DNA of 64,000 nt from an uncultured Lentisphaeraceae bacterium (GCA_964636295.1 CAZWQY010000004.1:42677-106676); one strand, 5' to 3'. Counted from the first letter of the stretch, positions 11,436-20,971 are shown. Numbers and translations: made by a program. The notes: generated from the sequence alone by a model not told the origin.

Positions 11436-12857
11436 CTAACGGACGATGGCCGCGCGGGCGGCGGCGAGGTCTGCAAATTCCCCGCCGACGATCATCTGCA
11501 CGATGAGGTTGCCGATCGCCGTGCCCTCCGTCGGACCCGCAAAGACCTCCAGCCCCGTCGCCTCGGCCGTGAGCGCGTTGAGGTAGAGATCCTTCGAGCC
11601 GCCGCCAACGATGTTGACGGACGTGTACGTCTTGCCCGTGATCTCCGAAAGGCTGCGAATCGCGTCCGCATAGCACTCGGCGAGCGACCGGTAGACGCAC
11701 TGCATGAGCGCGCCCACGGTCGTCGGGGCCGCGCCCTCCTGCGCCGCCGCCGCCAGCACCTCGCCGATCATCGACTTCGGATTGAGGAAGCGCGCATCGT
11801 TGACGTCAATCGTCACGCGGTAGTCGCTCGCGTCGCGCGCGCGCATCTCAAGGTCGGCGAACGAATACTGCCGCCCCTTCTCGTAATCCGTCAATGCCTT
11901 CAAGGCCTCGATCGTCTCGTCGCGTTCGCGCCCCTCGACATAGCTCACGCCATTGAGTTCGCGCCGAATCGACTGGATCATCCAAAGCCCCATGATGTTC
12001 TTGAGGAAGCGATAGCGCCCCCACGCGCCGCCTTCGTTCGTGAAGTTCGCCGCCTGCGCCGCCTTCGTCGTAATCGGCTCCATGTTCTCGACGCCCAGAA
12101 GCGACCACGTGCCGCTCGACAGGTAGACCGCCTTGTCGTCGCGCGCCGGGACGGCGAGATAGGCCGAGCCGGTGTCGTGGAGCGCCGGCAGGACGACCTT
12201 CACGCCCTTGTAGTCGCCGACCGTCGCGCCCGGCATCTCCAACTTCCCGAAGATCCGCGTCGGAAGCCCCAGCTTCTCGATGAGGTCAAAGTCCCAGTCC
12301 TTCTTCGCCGCGTCCAGAAGCGCCGTCGTCGAGGAGTCCGTGTACTCGTGGACAATCTTCCCCGTGAGCGCATAGTTGAGGTATTCGGGCACCGTCAGGA
12401 AATGCGCGGCTGCCGCGAGTTGTTCGGGATTCTCCTTCTTGAGTGCCCACAGCTGGTAGATCGTGTTGTAGGGTGCCTTCTGGAGGCCGACGCGCCGATA
12501 GAGATCCGCAAACGAGAGGACGTTCGCCTCGATTTCCGCGTCCGCCCCCTGCGTCCGCGCGTCGCGATAGGCAACCGCGTCGCCCACCATCTGGCCCTGC
12601 GCGTCCAAAAGGACGAAATCCACGCCCCACGTGTCAATGCCGATTGACTCGACGGGACCCTTCGCAAGCGCGGCGTCGATGCCCGCCTTGACGGACGCGA
12701 CAAGCTTCTCGATGTCCCAGCAGTCGTGTCCGTTCTTGACGACCTGCGAGTTGTCGAAGCGGTAGACCTCTTCCAGGACAATCTTCCCGTCCTCGACGCG
12801 TCCAAGAATGTGCCGCCCGGAGGAAGCACCGATGTCAATCGCAAGATAGTTCTTCAT
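11436..12857 (-). CDS. rhaB: Rhamnulokinase-like FGGY carbohydrate kinase
   Basis: 473 aa; MKNYLAIDIGASSGRHILGRVEDGKIVLEEVYRF... typical rhamnulokinase N-terminus. Confidence 0.8.
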   Translation of the reverse strand: MKNYLAIDIGASSGRHILGRVEDGKIVLEEVYRFDNSQVVKNGHDCWDIEKLVASVKAGIDAALAKGPVESIGIDTWGVDFVLLDAQGQMVGDAVAYRDARTQGADAEIEANVLSFADLYRRVGLQKAPYNTIYQLWALKKENPEQLAAAAHFLTVPEYLNYALTGKIVHEYTDSSTTALLDAAKKDWDFDLIEKLGLPTRIFGKLEMPGATVGDYKGVKVVLPALHDTGSAYLAVPARDDKAVYLSSGTWSLLGVENMEPITTKAAQAANFTNEGGAWGRYRFLKNIMGLWMIQSIRRELNGVSYVEGRERDETIEALKALTDYEKGRQYSFADLEMRARDASDYRVTIDVNDARFLNPKSMIGEVLAAAAQEGAAPTTVGALMQCVYRSLAECYADAIRSLSEITGKTYTSVNIVGGGSKDLYLNALTAEATGLEVFAGPTEGTAIGNLIVQMIVGGEFADLAAARAAIVR

Positions 12858-12865
12858 GGATTCGT

Positions 12866-12874
12866 ATTATACCA
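12866..12874 (-). promoter_or_regulatory. Extended -10 box TGGTATAAT, 8 nt from rhaB ATG (leaderless-type)
   Basis: Minus strand gtttgTGGTATAATacgaatccATG. Confidence 0.5.
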
Positions 12875-12967
12875 CAAACACCCGCGCGCACAAATCCGTC
12901 CGCGCAACGGCAAGCGGCAAGGACGCGCGCCATGCGGGACAAACCCGCGCCAGGCAACGCCGGCCCA

Positions 12968-14665
12968 TCAGTCAATCGACAAAAGCCGAAGTTCGACGTG
13001 CCGCTCGCCGTAGTCCGAAACGTCGAGCGTAAAGCGAACGTCATGCGGAACGGCGCCCGCCGCGCGAAGGGACTCGGCCTGCGCGCCGTGCTTCCACCAG
13101 ATCGCGCGCAAATCCCCCGTCCGCGCCGCCGCCGTTTCGGGCGAGCCGATGCGGACGGACAAATGCTGGCCGTCCGCGCCAAACGGGCGGACGTCCCGAA
13201 GCCAAACGCCGCGCAACCCGAAGACCGGTTCGAGGTTGCCCTCGCCGTAGGGTTCCATCTGCGACAGGGCCTCGGCCAACGCCAGCGTGACGTCTGCCCA
13301 CGCAAGCCAAAGATCCGTCGGCGGCTCGCAACCGCCCGCGCACACGCCCATCGCCCGCATCTTCTCGCAATACGCCGCCAGCAGTTCGCGGAAGCGATCG
13401 ACCTGACCGTCCTTGACGGAGAAGCCGCCGGCCGCCGCATGCCCGCCATAGCGCTCCAGCACCGCGTCACACGCGACAAACGCATCGCGGATGTTCAGCC
13501 CTTCGGGCGCGCGTGCGCTCCCATGCCCGCCCGCCAGGACGCAGACGGGAACCTTTGCCCCCGACGTCTCCTCCAGTTTCTCCATCACGCGCGCGGCGAC
13601 AATGCCCGCGACGCCGGGATGTCCGTCCGGCAAGTCGATGACCTGCGCCGCCGCATCGGGGACGACCTGCGCCAGCGCGTCGTCCGTCATCTTCTGCTCG
13701 ATGCTCCGCCGTTCGGCGTTGTTCAGGTCGATTCGCCGCGCATACTCGCGCACGCGCTCGCGATTCGTCTCAAGGATGAGATCCAGCGCATCCATGCCGC
13801 TCGCAAGCCGCCCCGCCGCGTTGATGCGCGGGCCGAGCATGAACCCGAAATCGCGCGAAGTCAAGCTGCCGCGCGCGCTGCGTGCGGCGCGCGAATGGAG
13901 TTCCTGAAGCCCCAACGGCGCACACAGGCGGAAATTCTTGAGGGCCTCGGCCACGAGAATGCGGTTCTGTCCAAGGACGGGCATGATGTCCGTCACCGTC
14001 GCAAGGCCCGCGAGAACGAGGAGCGGGCCGCCCAGTTTCGGCCCGTCATAAAGGCCGCGCCGCTTCGCCTCGGCAACGAGCCGGTTCGCGAGAAAGAACG
14101 CGACGCCCGCGCCGCACAAGTCCTTCAAATGGTCGGGCGCCGCGACTTTCGGATCGACGACAACCGCTGCCAGCAGCAGTTCCTCGCCCGGCAGATGATG
14201 ATCCGTCACGACAACGGACACGCCCTTCGCCTTCAAGTCGGCGACTTGCTTGATGGAGTTGATTCCGTTGTCAACCGTGACGACCAGCCCGACGTCCGGC
14301 CATTCCTTCAGCAGACGTTCGACCGAGGCATCCGTCATGCCATAGCCCTCGGCCAGACGCTCCGGAAGGAACGGCTGGGGCGCGGGAATGTCGGACACGG
14401 GATGGACGGCCGCCAACGCCGTGAGCGTCTTGACGAGAATCGCCGTCGCGCAGACGCCATCGCAGTCGTAATCGCCGAAGACGACGATGCGCTTCCGCGC
14501 GGCGAACGCCGCAAGGATGACGTCCGCCGCCGCCGCAATGCCGGGAAGTTCCGCCGGATCGGACAGATCCCGCAAAGAAGGACGAAGAAACTTCTCCCAG
14601 TTCGCCTCGTTGATTCCGCGAACCCGGAGAAGTTCCTTCAGGACTTCAGGAAGGCCGTCCACCAA
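12968..14665 (-). CDS. recJ: Single-stranded-DNA-specific exonuclease RecJ
   Basis: 565 aa; DHH motifs VVFGDYDCDGVCATAIL, VVTDHH, GGHAAAGGFSV; TTG/GTG start uncertain. Confidence 0.9.
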   Translation of the reverse strand: MVDGLPEVLKELLRVRGINEANWEKFLRPSLRDLSDPAELPGIAAAADVILAAFAARKRIVVFGDYDCDGVCATAILVKTLTALAAVHPVSDIPAPQPFLPERLAEGYGMTDASVERLLKEWPDVGLVVTVDNGINSIKQVADLKAKGVSVVVTDHHLPGEELLLAAVVVDPKVAAPDHLKDLCGAGVAFFLANRLVAEAKRRGLYDGPKLGGPLLVLAGLATVTDIMPVLGQNRILVAEALKNFRLCAPLGLQELHSRAARSARGSLTSRDFGFMLGPRINAAGRLASGMDALDLILETNRERVREYARRIDLNNAERRSIEQKMTDDALAQVVPDAAAQVIDLPDGHPGVAGIVAARVMEKLEETSGAKVPVCVLAGGHGSARAPEGLNIRDAFVACDAVLERYGGHAAAGGFSVKDGQVDRFRELLAAYCEKMRAMGVCAGGCEPPTDLWLAWADVTLALAEALSQMEPYGEGNLEPVFGLRGVWLRDVRPFGADGQHLSVRIGSPETAAARTGDLRAIWWKHGAQAESLRAAGAVPHDVRFTLDVSDYGERHVELRLLSID

Positions 14666-14724
14666 ATTCCCGATCCGTCTTTCTTTCCCGTTTCCTTCCC
14701 TTTGTCCCTGATGACCAAGCGGTC

Positions 14725-15753
14725 TTACTTGACCTCAAGACACCAGCCGTGCGTATCCTTGACGGTGCCGTACTGAATGCCCTGAACGCGATCATAGAGC
14801 TTCTGCAGGGTCGGATCGACGACCTCCGGATCGGAGATCTTGATGACCGTGCTGTTGCGGGTGATTTCCCAGACGGGCGTGATCACGACTGCCGTGCCGA
14901 GCGCGGCGACGGCCTTGAACTTCTTCAGTTCCGTGTAGGGGACGGGGCGGCACTCGACCTTGATGCCCAGATCCTTCGCACACTGCTTGAGGGACATGTT
15001 CGTGACCGACGGCAGAACCGAGCTGCTGTCCGGCGTGACGTACTTGCCGTCCTTCGTGATGCCCGCGAAGTTGGACGTCGCGAACTCCTCGATGTACTTG
15101 TGGGTCTTCGCGTCGAGATAAAGCTCAACCGGCCAGCCCTCGCGCTTCGCCTTCTCGTGCGCGAAGATGCCCGCCGCGTAGTTGCCGCCGACCTTCACGT
15201 CGCCCATGCCGTGCGGGGCCGCGCGGTCCCACTGGTCGAAGATGACGGCGCGCACCGGCTTGAGCCCACCCTTGTAGTAGGCGCCGACCGGCATGACCAT
15301 GATCATGAACGTGTACTCGTGCGCCGGGGCGACGCCGATCTGCGGGCCGGTGCCGATGAGGAGCGGACGCAGGTACATCGACCCGCCCGTCCCGTACGGC
15401 GGCACGTACTCGGCGTTCTTCTTCACGACCGCCTGGCAGCATTCGACGAACGTCTCGACCGGCACAGGCGGCATGCACGTGCGTTCGGCCGTGCGGTACA
15501 TGCGCTTCGCGTTCTCGTCAGGGCGGAAGATGACAACCTTGCCGTCCTTCTGGCGGAACGCCTTGATGCCCTCGAAGCACTCCTGGCCGTAGTGGAGACA
15601 CGCCGCGCCGATGTGCATGTTGATCCACGGTTCCTTCACGAACTTCGGCTTCGACCACTTGCCGTCTTTCCACGTCATGCGGAGGTGGCAGTTGACGTCG
15701 GAGAACCCGAAGCCGAGTTCATCCCACTTGATGCCCTTTTTGGGTGCTTTCAT
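14725..15753 (-). CDS. ilvE: Branched-chain amino acid aminotransferase
   Basis: MKAPKKGIKWDELGFGFSDVNCHLRMTW...; start moved from 15849 to ATG 15753, preceded by AAAGGA and a TGGTATAAT box at 15787..15795. Confidence 0.9.
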   Translation of the reverse strand: MKAPKKGIKWDELGFGFSDVNCHLRMTWKDGKWSKPKFVKEPWINMHIGAACLHYGQECFEGIKAFRQKDGKVVIFRPDENAKRMYRTAERTCMPPVPVETFVECCQAVVKKNAEYVPPYGTGGSMYLRPLLIGTGPQIGVAPAHEYTFMIMVMPVGAYYKGGLKPVRAVIFDQWDRAAPHGMGDVKVGGNYAAGIFAHEKAKREGWPVELYLDAKTHKYIEEFATSNFAGITKDGKYVTPDSSSVLPSVTNMSLKQCAKDLGIKVECRPVPYTELKKFKAVAALGTAVVITPVWEITRNSTVIKISDPEVVDPTLQKLYDRVQGIQYGTVKDTHGWCLEVK

Positions 15754-15894
15754 GTTTGCGCTGTCCTTTCTAGAAATTGCCTTATTATTATACCACATTT
15801 TGCCGCCCCGCCGCGTCGCGTCCCTCGGCGAAACCACCCCAAATGGCAATCTCTAAATCAGGACGCCTCTCGCGTCATGCGGTTCACAGCGCCC

Positions 15895-16733
15895 TCACCG
15901 GCCCTCAACCATTCGCAACGCGCGGACGGCCGACAGGCGCACGACGGAGTTCTCGCCCAAATCGTCTGCAAGGCGTTGCAAGAGGCTACGGGAAGTCACG
16001 ACTCCGCGCTCGCCACAGAGCTGTACCGCCATCACCCGCGCGGCAGGCTCTGCTGAAACATCGGCGGCACAGGCGTGCAACCGAGCCTCAAACCGCCGAA
16101 CCTCAACACACGGGTCAAATGCAGAGAGGTCATCAAGTGCGCGGAACGCCGCCGCCGCGACAATCGCGTCCGTCTCGCCCGCCGCCGCATCGAGGGTCCT
16201 GCGTAACTGAGCCGCCTCCAGCGAAGACGGGTCGTACGCGCCGCGACGGTGCAGTGCCTCGGCGTAGAGTCCAATGTGCTGGACGGCGAAGTCGCGCGTA
16301 TAGACATCCTGCGACCGATCAAGAAGAGATCGACCATTAGTTGCCCGTAATCGGAGGGAATCGACTCCGCGTTCAGCAGGTCGTCCATCACCTGGCTCTT
16401 CTCGGCCGCCAGTCGCGCGACGGAGAGCCGTGACGCGGCTTCCGCACCCCGATTCGGAGCGGACTGAAGCATGCCCCGCACCGCCGCCGGCACAACGTGC
16501 GGCGGACGGGCATCCTCCTCAAACTGGCGCGGCGGCCGAACCTCTCCCCTAACGGTATTCGCGGGCAGAGGCGAAGGACGGCGGGGCGGAACGCACGGAC
16601 GCTCAAAGTCTGGGATGGTCGCCCTGCCGCCTGAGTCGCCCGCAAACGGCCACGAGCCGCCATTCCATCGGCAAACAAGCACAACGACCGCCAGCGACAC
16701 GAAAATCGCCACTCTCGACATGAAGGTCTTCAT
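15895..16733 (-). pseudogene. Membrane-anchored HEAT/ARM-like repeat protein with a frame disruption near 16320
   Basis: ORF 16032..16733 looks like protein up to ...SIPSDYGQLMVDLFL, then turns Arg-rich; the next frame reads DRSQDVYTRDFAVQHIGLYAEALHRRGAYDPSSLEAAQL...LADDLGENSVVRLSAVRALRMVEGR to the stop at 15895. Confidence 0.6.
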
Positions 16734-16773
16734 TCTCGTCTCTCATTCATCATCGGCATCGTCGGACTGCTTG

Positions 16774-17130
16774 TCAAAAGAGATAGGTGAGCTCGTGTAC
16801 CGTCAGTTTTGCCTTGACCGACCGCAAGTAGGAATCCTGGACGGGGGACAACACCTCAAGAATCAATCCAATCTCATCGTCATAACGCCAGCCGAACCCA
16901 GAGGCACGGAAAATGAACAGCGTGTGGTCAACATAAAACAAAAACCCTTCAGGCAGAAATTTGCGATAGACAGTCGGCCCATTGTGAGGACGCGGATGAG
17001 GCCGAATCTCCTGCGCCGTTTGGCCATGCCGGACGACAAGTCGCGCCGAAAACCCGTCCATAACCCGCCGAACCTGCGCTTCCCGCTTCCATTTAATCCG
17101 CTCATCCTTTGCGTACGTGACCCAGACCAT
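16774..17130 (-). CDS. Hypothetical 118-aa protein, second gene downstream of the RHS toxin (possible orphan immunity)
   Basis: Only the last 118 codons of ORF 16774..17631 look coding (MVWVTYAKDERIKWKREAQ...LTVHELTYLF); no family recognised. Confidence 0.45.
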   Translation of the reverse strand: MVWVTYAKDERIKWKREAQVRRVMDGFSARLVVRHGQTAQEIRPHPRPHNGPTVYRKFLPEGFLFYVDHTLFIFRASGFGWRYDDEIGLILEVLSPVQDSYLRSVKAKLTVHELTYLF

Positions 17131-17173
17131 ATGGGGCAGGACACCGACGCCTCTTTCAGCGGAACAATGACGG

Positions 17174-17683
17174 TCATCGTTCCGTTTCTCCTTTGGAAGT
17201 GGCCCTGCCGCGCTCAAACCAGTCCGGCACATAGGACATGGATCCCGCATGCAGACCTTCCTTTCCATCCCGGTCGATGAACACGAACTTCCCGTTGTAG
17301 GACACGGCCACCGAATAGCAGTTCGTCCGTTCGTCGTAGTACCAGCGCGCCAGGAAGTTCTTGGCGTACACGGCCACGGACGGATGTGCGTCCGTTCGGC
17401 TTGTCGGATCGCCCCCGGGAAACCATTCGCCAAGCGCAATGTCCGTCTCCGGACGCCTGGAGACGAACAGCCGATGCTCGTCCGAATCCCTGCTTCCCAG
17501 CACGGCCACGCCCCGCCTTGAATAACGCAGGTCCAAGTCTTTCGCGCGTCTGCCAAGAGCCGCGACCGTGACCTCTTTGTCCTTCGCCTTCGAATAGGCG
17601 GCGCGAACAGCCCCAAGGACAAAGAGCGCATTCAACAGGGTCGAGAAAATCACATAGCCATACAGCACTTTTTTCTTCGCCAT
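17174..17683 (-). CDS. Membrane-anchored hypothetical protein, candidate RHS immunity protein
   Basis: GGAGG 5 nt upstream of ATG 17683; MAKKKVLYGYVIFSTLLNALFVLGAV TM anchor; begins 24 nt after the RHS stop on the same strand. Confidence 0.6.
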   Translation of the reverse strand: MAKKKVLYGYVIFSTLLNALFVLGAVRAAYSKAKDKEVTVAALGRRAKDLDLRYSRRGVAVLGSRDSDEHRLFVSRRPETDIALGEWFPGGDPTSRTDAHPSVAVYAKNFLARWYYDERTNCYSVAVSYNGKFVFIDRDGKEGLHAGSMSYVPDWFERGRATSKGETER

Positions 17684-17706
17684 AAACACCTCCATTTAAA
17701 GCAAAA

Positions 17707-20514
17707 CTATTGTGGCAAATCTCTTCGCACTCGCTCCTCTTGTTTCTTCAAGTTTTCCAAATATGAGGTGCTGTCAGAGCCTTCCTCGAAATTGTCCAAA
17801 TCCATGCATTTTGTTGCATTAATTGCATCTGTAATCCGTATCAAGCCTGGCACAGCCTCCAATCCTCCAGACGCTTCACTCGCCCCTGGAGGAGACAAGT
17901 ACCCCAATAGGTTTTTAACCACTTCCTTGATCAAATCCAAAACGCCCTTCCACGACATTCCGTCTGGATCGGTTTTATTAACAGGATCTCCCTCGCAGAA
18001 CGCATACAAGTTCAAGCCGCCGGAAAGGCCGATGGGGTCTTTCGAGAGCCAGCGGCCGGTGACGGGGTCATACCACCGCATGCGAAAGTTGACGAGGCCC
18101 GTCGCCGCCGAGCACTCGCGCCCCTGAAAACGGTAGCGCACCGCGCGAAGCCCCGCCGCGCGCGCGGCGACCTCTTCCGACAGCACGTTGCCCCAAGCGT
18201 CGTACGTCCAGCGCGCGACGACGGCGCCGTGCGCGTCCGCATAACCCCAGACCGTGCCCTGGACGTCCGTCAGCGCGGCATACGTGCGGGCGCCTATTCG
18301 CACGGCAAGCAATCGATCAATTCCCTCGCCCCACTCGTACGAGCGCAGCACGTTCCCCTCGGCATCGACGTCGGCAATGACCTGCCAGTTCTCATCGTAG
18401 ACGTGCCGCTCCGTCCCCTCCGCGTTCGTCGTCGCGACGCGGCGACCGAGCGCGTCATACGCATACGACTCGGCGAAGACACCATTCGTGGCAACGCGAG
18501 CAAGCTGGTACCGGCCATTCCATGTGAGGTCCCATGTGTCCGAACCGCGCACGATGCGCGTCACGCATCCCGCCGCATCATGTCCATACGAGCCGCCCGT
18601 CCATGTCGCGAGACGGTCGCCTTGCCCAAGCACATAGGCGACATCATCCCCGGAGCCGCCCCGCTTCGCCGTGCGGTTGCCCGCCGCGTCGTAGGCGTAG
18701 GAGACGTCGCCGTCGGCCACGAGCCGATCCAGCCCGTCGTAGGCATAGGCACGGTCAAAGCGGTTCGTGCCGAGCGCATGCCGCCGCGCGACGATGCGCC
18801 CGACGACATCGTATTCGTAGGCGAAGCCGCCGAGGGCCGTCCCTCCCGGCACCGTCCACGTGATGTTCGTCACGCGGTCCATGACGTCGTAGCCATACGT
18901 CATCGTGACGCCGTTCGCGTTCGTGACCGCCGCGAGCAGCCCGTTCCACGGACAGTAGCCAAACGAGAGAGTTCCTGCGGACGAATCCGCGCGTACGCGC
19001 CGTCCCGCCTTGTCGTAGGCATACTGCGCCGTTCCCGCGACGGCGACGCGCGACGTCACGGCGCCGCCGTTCGAGCGGACATACCGCACCCAGCTCCCGT
19101 CCACGCCGCAGGAGGCGTCGAGCCAACCAGTCGCGGCATCGTAGACGTTCGAGACGAGGCCCGCCGCATTCGCCGCCGAGGTGAGGAGCCCATCGCCGTC
19201 GTAGCCGAAACGGAGCGTGTCGCCCGGGTAGGCGACCGAGGAGAGGTTCGCGTCCTGGCCATAGCCGTAATTGACGGACGTGCCGTCGAAGCGCGTCTCG
19301 GATGCGACCATCCGTCCGAGCGCATACCGGCGCGACAAGACCTGCCCCTCCAGGTTCGTGACCGCGACGACGCGCTCGTTCTCGTCGAGGACATACGACT
19401 CGGCGCGGCGGCCAAGCGGATCGCCAATCGCGACGACGTTGAGTTGCGGATCGTGCGAAATCGCGTAGAGCGCGTTCGTCACGCCGCCACTGACGCGTGC
19501 AGCATGAACAGGGAGACCGAGCGTCCAACGGTAGATGTCCTCGCGTCCGAGCGCATCCACACGGCTGACGGCCATTGCGCCCTCGCCGTCGTAAGCGAGA
19601 ACCGCCGACGTTCCGTCGGGATAGGAGACCACCGTCGGCTTCCCCCTCCAGTTGTTGACGAACGAGGTCTTTCGCCGCCTTCCATCCGGCCCTGGCCACG
19701 TGACGGCGGCGACATGGCCCAACGCATCGTAGGCATAATCGACGCGCGGCAAGCCCTCCACCTCAATTGCGGCGACGAAGCCGTCGGCGCCATAGGAGAC
19801 ATCCGTCCACCCGCCGTCCGGGGCGAGGATGCCCGGACATGGCCGTTCGTGTCGCAGATGCGTCGTCAGCGCACAGGGGCCGTTCGTCCGAACTGTCCAG
19901 GCGACATTTCCCCCGCTGTCATAGGATGTGAGCAGAAACTCCGAGCCCGTCTGCCGCGCCGTTTCACGCCGTCTCGAATCGCGGATTCGAGTCACACGAA
20001 CATCGTCCAGAATCGTCTCGCCATCGCCTGCGATACCCAGACCTCGGAACCATCCGGAATCGCCCATCTGAAGACCTCGTTCCGCAAGAACTCCGTCCAC
20101 ATACAAATCCCATAGTCTCTTTGGGTAATCAAGCCGAAATGTCACGCGAGACCACTCGCCAAGGCAGACTTTCCGCACGACATTCGTCCTCCAAGCATAT
20201 CCGTCCAACACGAGCACGGAGCCGTCTGCCGCAAAGCAAATGCCGCCCGCAAGGCCCGTGTTCATCAGATCAGAGAGGCTTGTCGCCTGCGCAAGCGGGT
20301 AGAGATCAACCCAGACGACCTGATTGGCATTCGTGACATCATGCTCGACAAAAACAGAGACCTCTTTGGCCTCGTCGGATTCACCCGACAGGCGCAACGC
20401 AGCCCCGCCAGTATGGGCCGTCCGCGTCTGCACGACCGCCCCCTCAGAGAAAGACGGTCGGTGCCCTCGCCGCCGTCGCCCACAAAACCGCCCGAAAGAA
20501 AGTCCGCGATTCAC
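17707..20514 (-). CDS. RHS/YD-repeat polymorphic toxin with LamG-like N-terminal region and short unassigned C-terminal tip
   Basis: Many YD repeats (YAYDALGHV, YGYDVMDRV, YEYDVVGRI, YAYDGLDRL, YAYDAAGNR); RHS core end RWLSKDPIGLSGGLNLYAFCEGDPVNKTDPDGM followed by an ~85-aa AT-richer tail; GTG start at 20514 probably not the native start. Confidence 0.88.
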   Translation of the reverse strand: MNRGLSFGRFCGRRRRGHRPSFSEGAVVQTRTAHTGGAALRLSGESDEAKEVSVFVEHDVTNANQVVWVDLYPLAQATSLSDLMNTGLAGGICFAADGSVLVLDGYAWRTNVVRKVCLGEWSRVTFRLDYPKRLWDLYVDGVLAERGLQMGDSGWFRGLGIAGDGETILDDVRVTRIRDSRRRETARQTGSEFLLTSYDSGGNVAWTVRTNGPCALTTHLRHERPCPGILAPDGGWTDVSYGADGFVAAIEVEGLPRVDYAYDALGHVAAVTWPGPDGRRRKTSFVNNWRGKPTVVSYPDGTSAVLAYDGEGAMAVSRVDALGREDIYRWTLGLPVHAARVSGGVTNALYAISHDPQLNVVAIGDPLGRRAESYVLDENERVVAVTNLEGQVLSRRYALGRMVASETRFDGTSVNYGYGQDANLSSVAYPGDTLRFGYDGDGLLTSAANAAGLVSNVYDAATGWLDASCGVDGSWVRYVRSNGGAVTSRVAVAGTAQYAYDKAGRRVRADSSAGTLSFGYCPWNGLLAAVTNANGVTMTYGYDVMDRVTNITWTVPGGTALGGFAYEYDVVGRIVARRHALGTNRFDRAYAYDGLDRLVADGDVSYAYDAAGNRTAKRGGSGDDVAYVLGQGDRLATWTGGSYGHDAAGCVTRIVRGSDTWDLTWNGRYQLARVATNGVFAESYAYDALGRRVATTNAEGTERHVYDENWQVIADVDAEGNVLRSYEWGEGIDRLLAVRIGARTYAALTDVQGTVWGYADAHGAVVARWTYDAWGNVLSEEVAARAAGLRAVRYRFQGRECSAATGLVNFRMRWYDPVTGRWLSKDPIGLSGGLNLYAFCEGDPVNKTDPDGMSWKGVLDLIKEVVKNLLGYLSPPGASEASGGLEAVPGLIRITDAINATKCMDLDNFEEGSDSTSYLENLKKQEERVRRDLPQ

Positions 20515-20669
20515 ACAAAGGACAAAGGCTCGAATGGCATGGCGACCTCGACGGCCACATCCGACGGGGCATCGACACGGACAACACCAACAACATCATC
20601 CGCTGACGTTGACAGGGCTCCGCACAGCAGGGCCAGACAAACTTCGGCAACCAAGAATTTCCTCGCCAT
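20511..20669 (-). CDS. 52-codon ORF encoding a signal peptide; probably the detached native 5' end of the RHS gene
   Basis: MARKFLVAEVCLALLCGALSTSADDVVGVVRVDAPSDVAVEVAMPFEPLSFV, then TGA; the same frame continues as IADFLSGGFVGDGGEGTDRLSL. Confidence 0.5.
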   Translation of the reverse strand: MARKFLVAEVCLALLCGALSTSADDVVGVVRVDAPSDVAVEVAMPFEPLSFV

Positions 20670-20744
20670 CAGGCACTCCCTCAGACAGCTCAAATAGTCT
20701 CCGCAAAGCAAGCGGGCAACAGGCAACGACCAACAACGACGCGC

Positions 20745-20750
20745 ATTATA
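20745..20750 (-). promoter_or_regulatory. TATAAT -10 box upstream of the RHS locus (~75 nt leader with GAGGGAG)
   Basis: Minus strand cgattgcgtTATAATgcgcg. Confidence 0.4.
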
Positions 20751-20859
20751 ACGCAATCGTCCGAGCGTTGTCAACGGGAGACGCAAAGGAAAGTTGTATC
20801 ATCTCGTGGCGCAGTTTCAAACAGAAGATACGTGCCCTAACAGCTGCGAAGTCTCGCAC

Positions 20860-20971
20860 CAGAAGACCAGCCCTTGCACAGACCCTCGGCCGTCCCGTCT
20901 ACTACACGAGGGCGTACGCCTCCTACGAGACGGGCGCGGTCGAGAATGTCAACCGCATCATCAGGCGATAG
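20860..20971 (+). pseudogene. C-terminal remnant of an IS30-family transposase
   Basis: ...LGRPVYYTRAYASYETGAVENVNRIIRR* resembles the IS30 C-terminus (vYF..P...WqRGsNENtNGLlRqy); no intact upstream catalytic region. Confidence 0.4.

Noticed and set aside
20511-20513. The in-frame TGA in the RHS 5' region as selenocysteine or programmed read-through
   Set aside because: No SECIS-like hairpin is evident downstream, and a second independent frame defect lies ~60 nt further on. A nonsense mutation or sequencing error is more parsimonious.
16774-20669. RHS locus as part of a type VI secretion cluster
   Set aside because: No VgrG, PAAR, Hcp or Tss genes lie within the window. The N-terminal signal peptide and LamG-like region argue for a different export route, but this cannot be decided from 64 kb.
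20324-20971. 215-aa plus-strand ORF as an intact gene
   Set aside because: Most of it is Arg/Pro/Ser-rich and overlaps the RHS 5' region antisense. Only the last ~35 codons resemble an IS30 transposase C-terminus.
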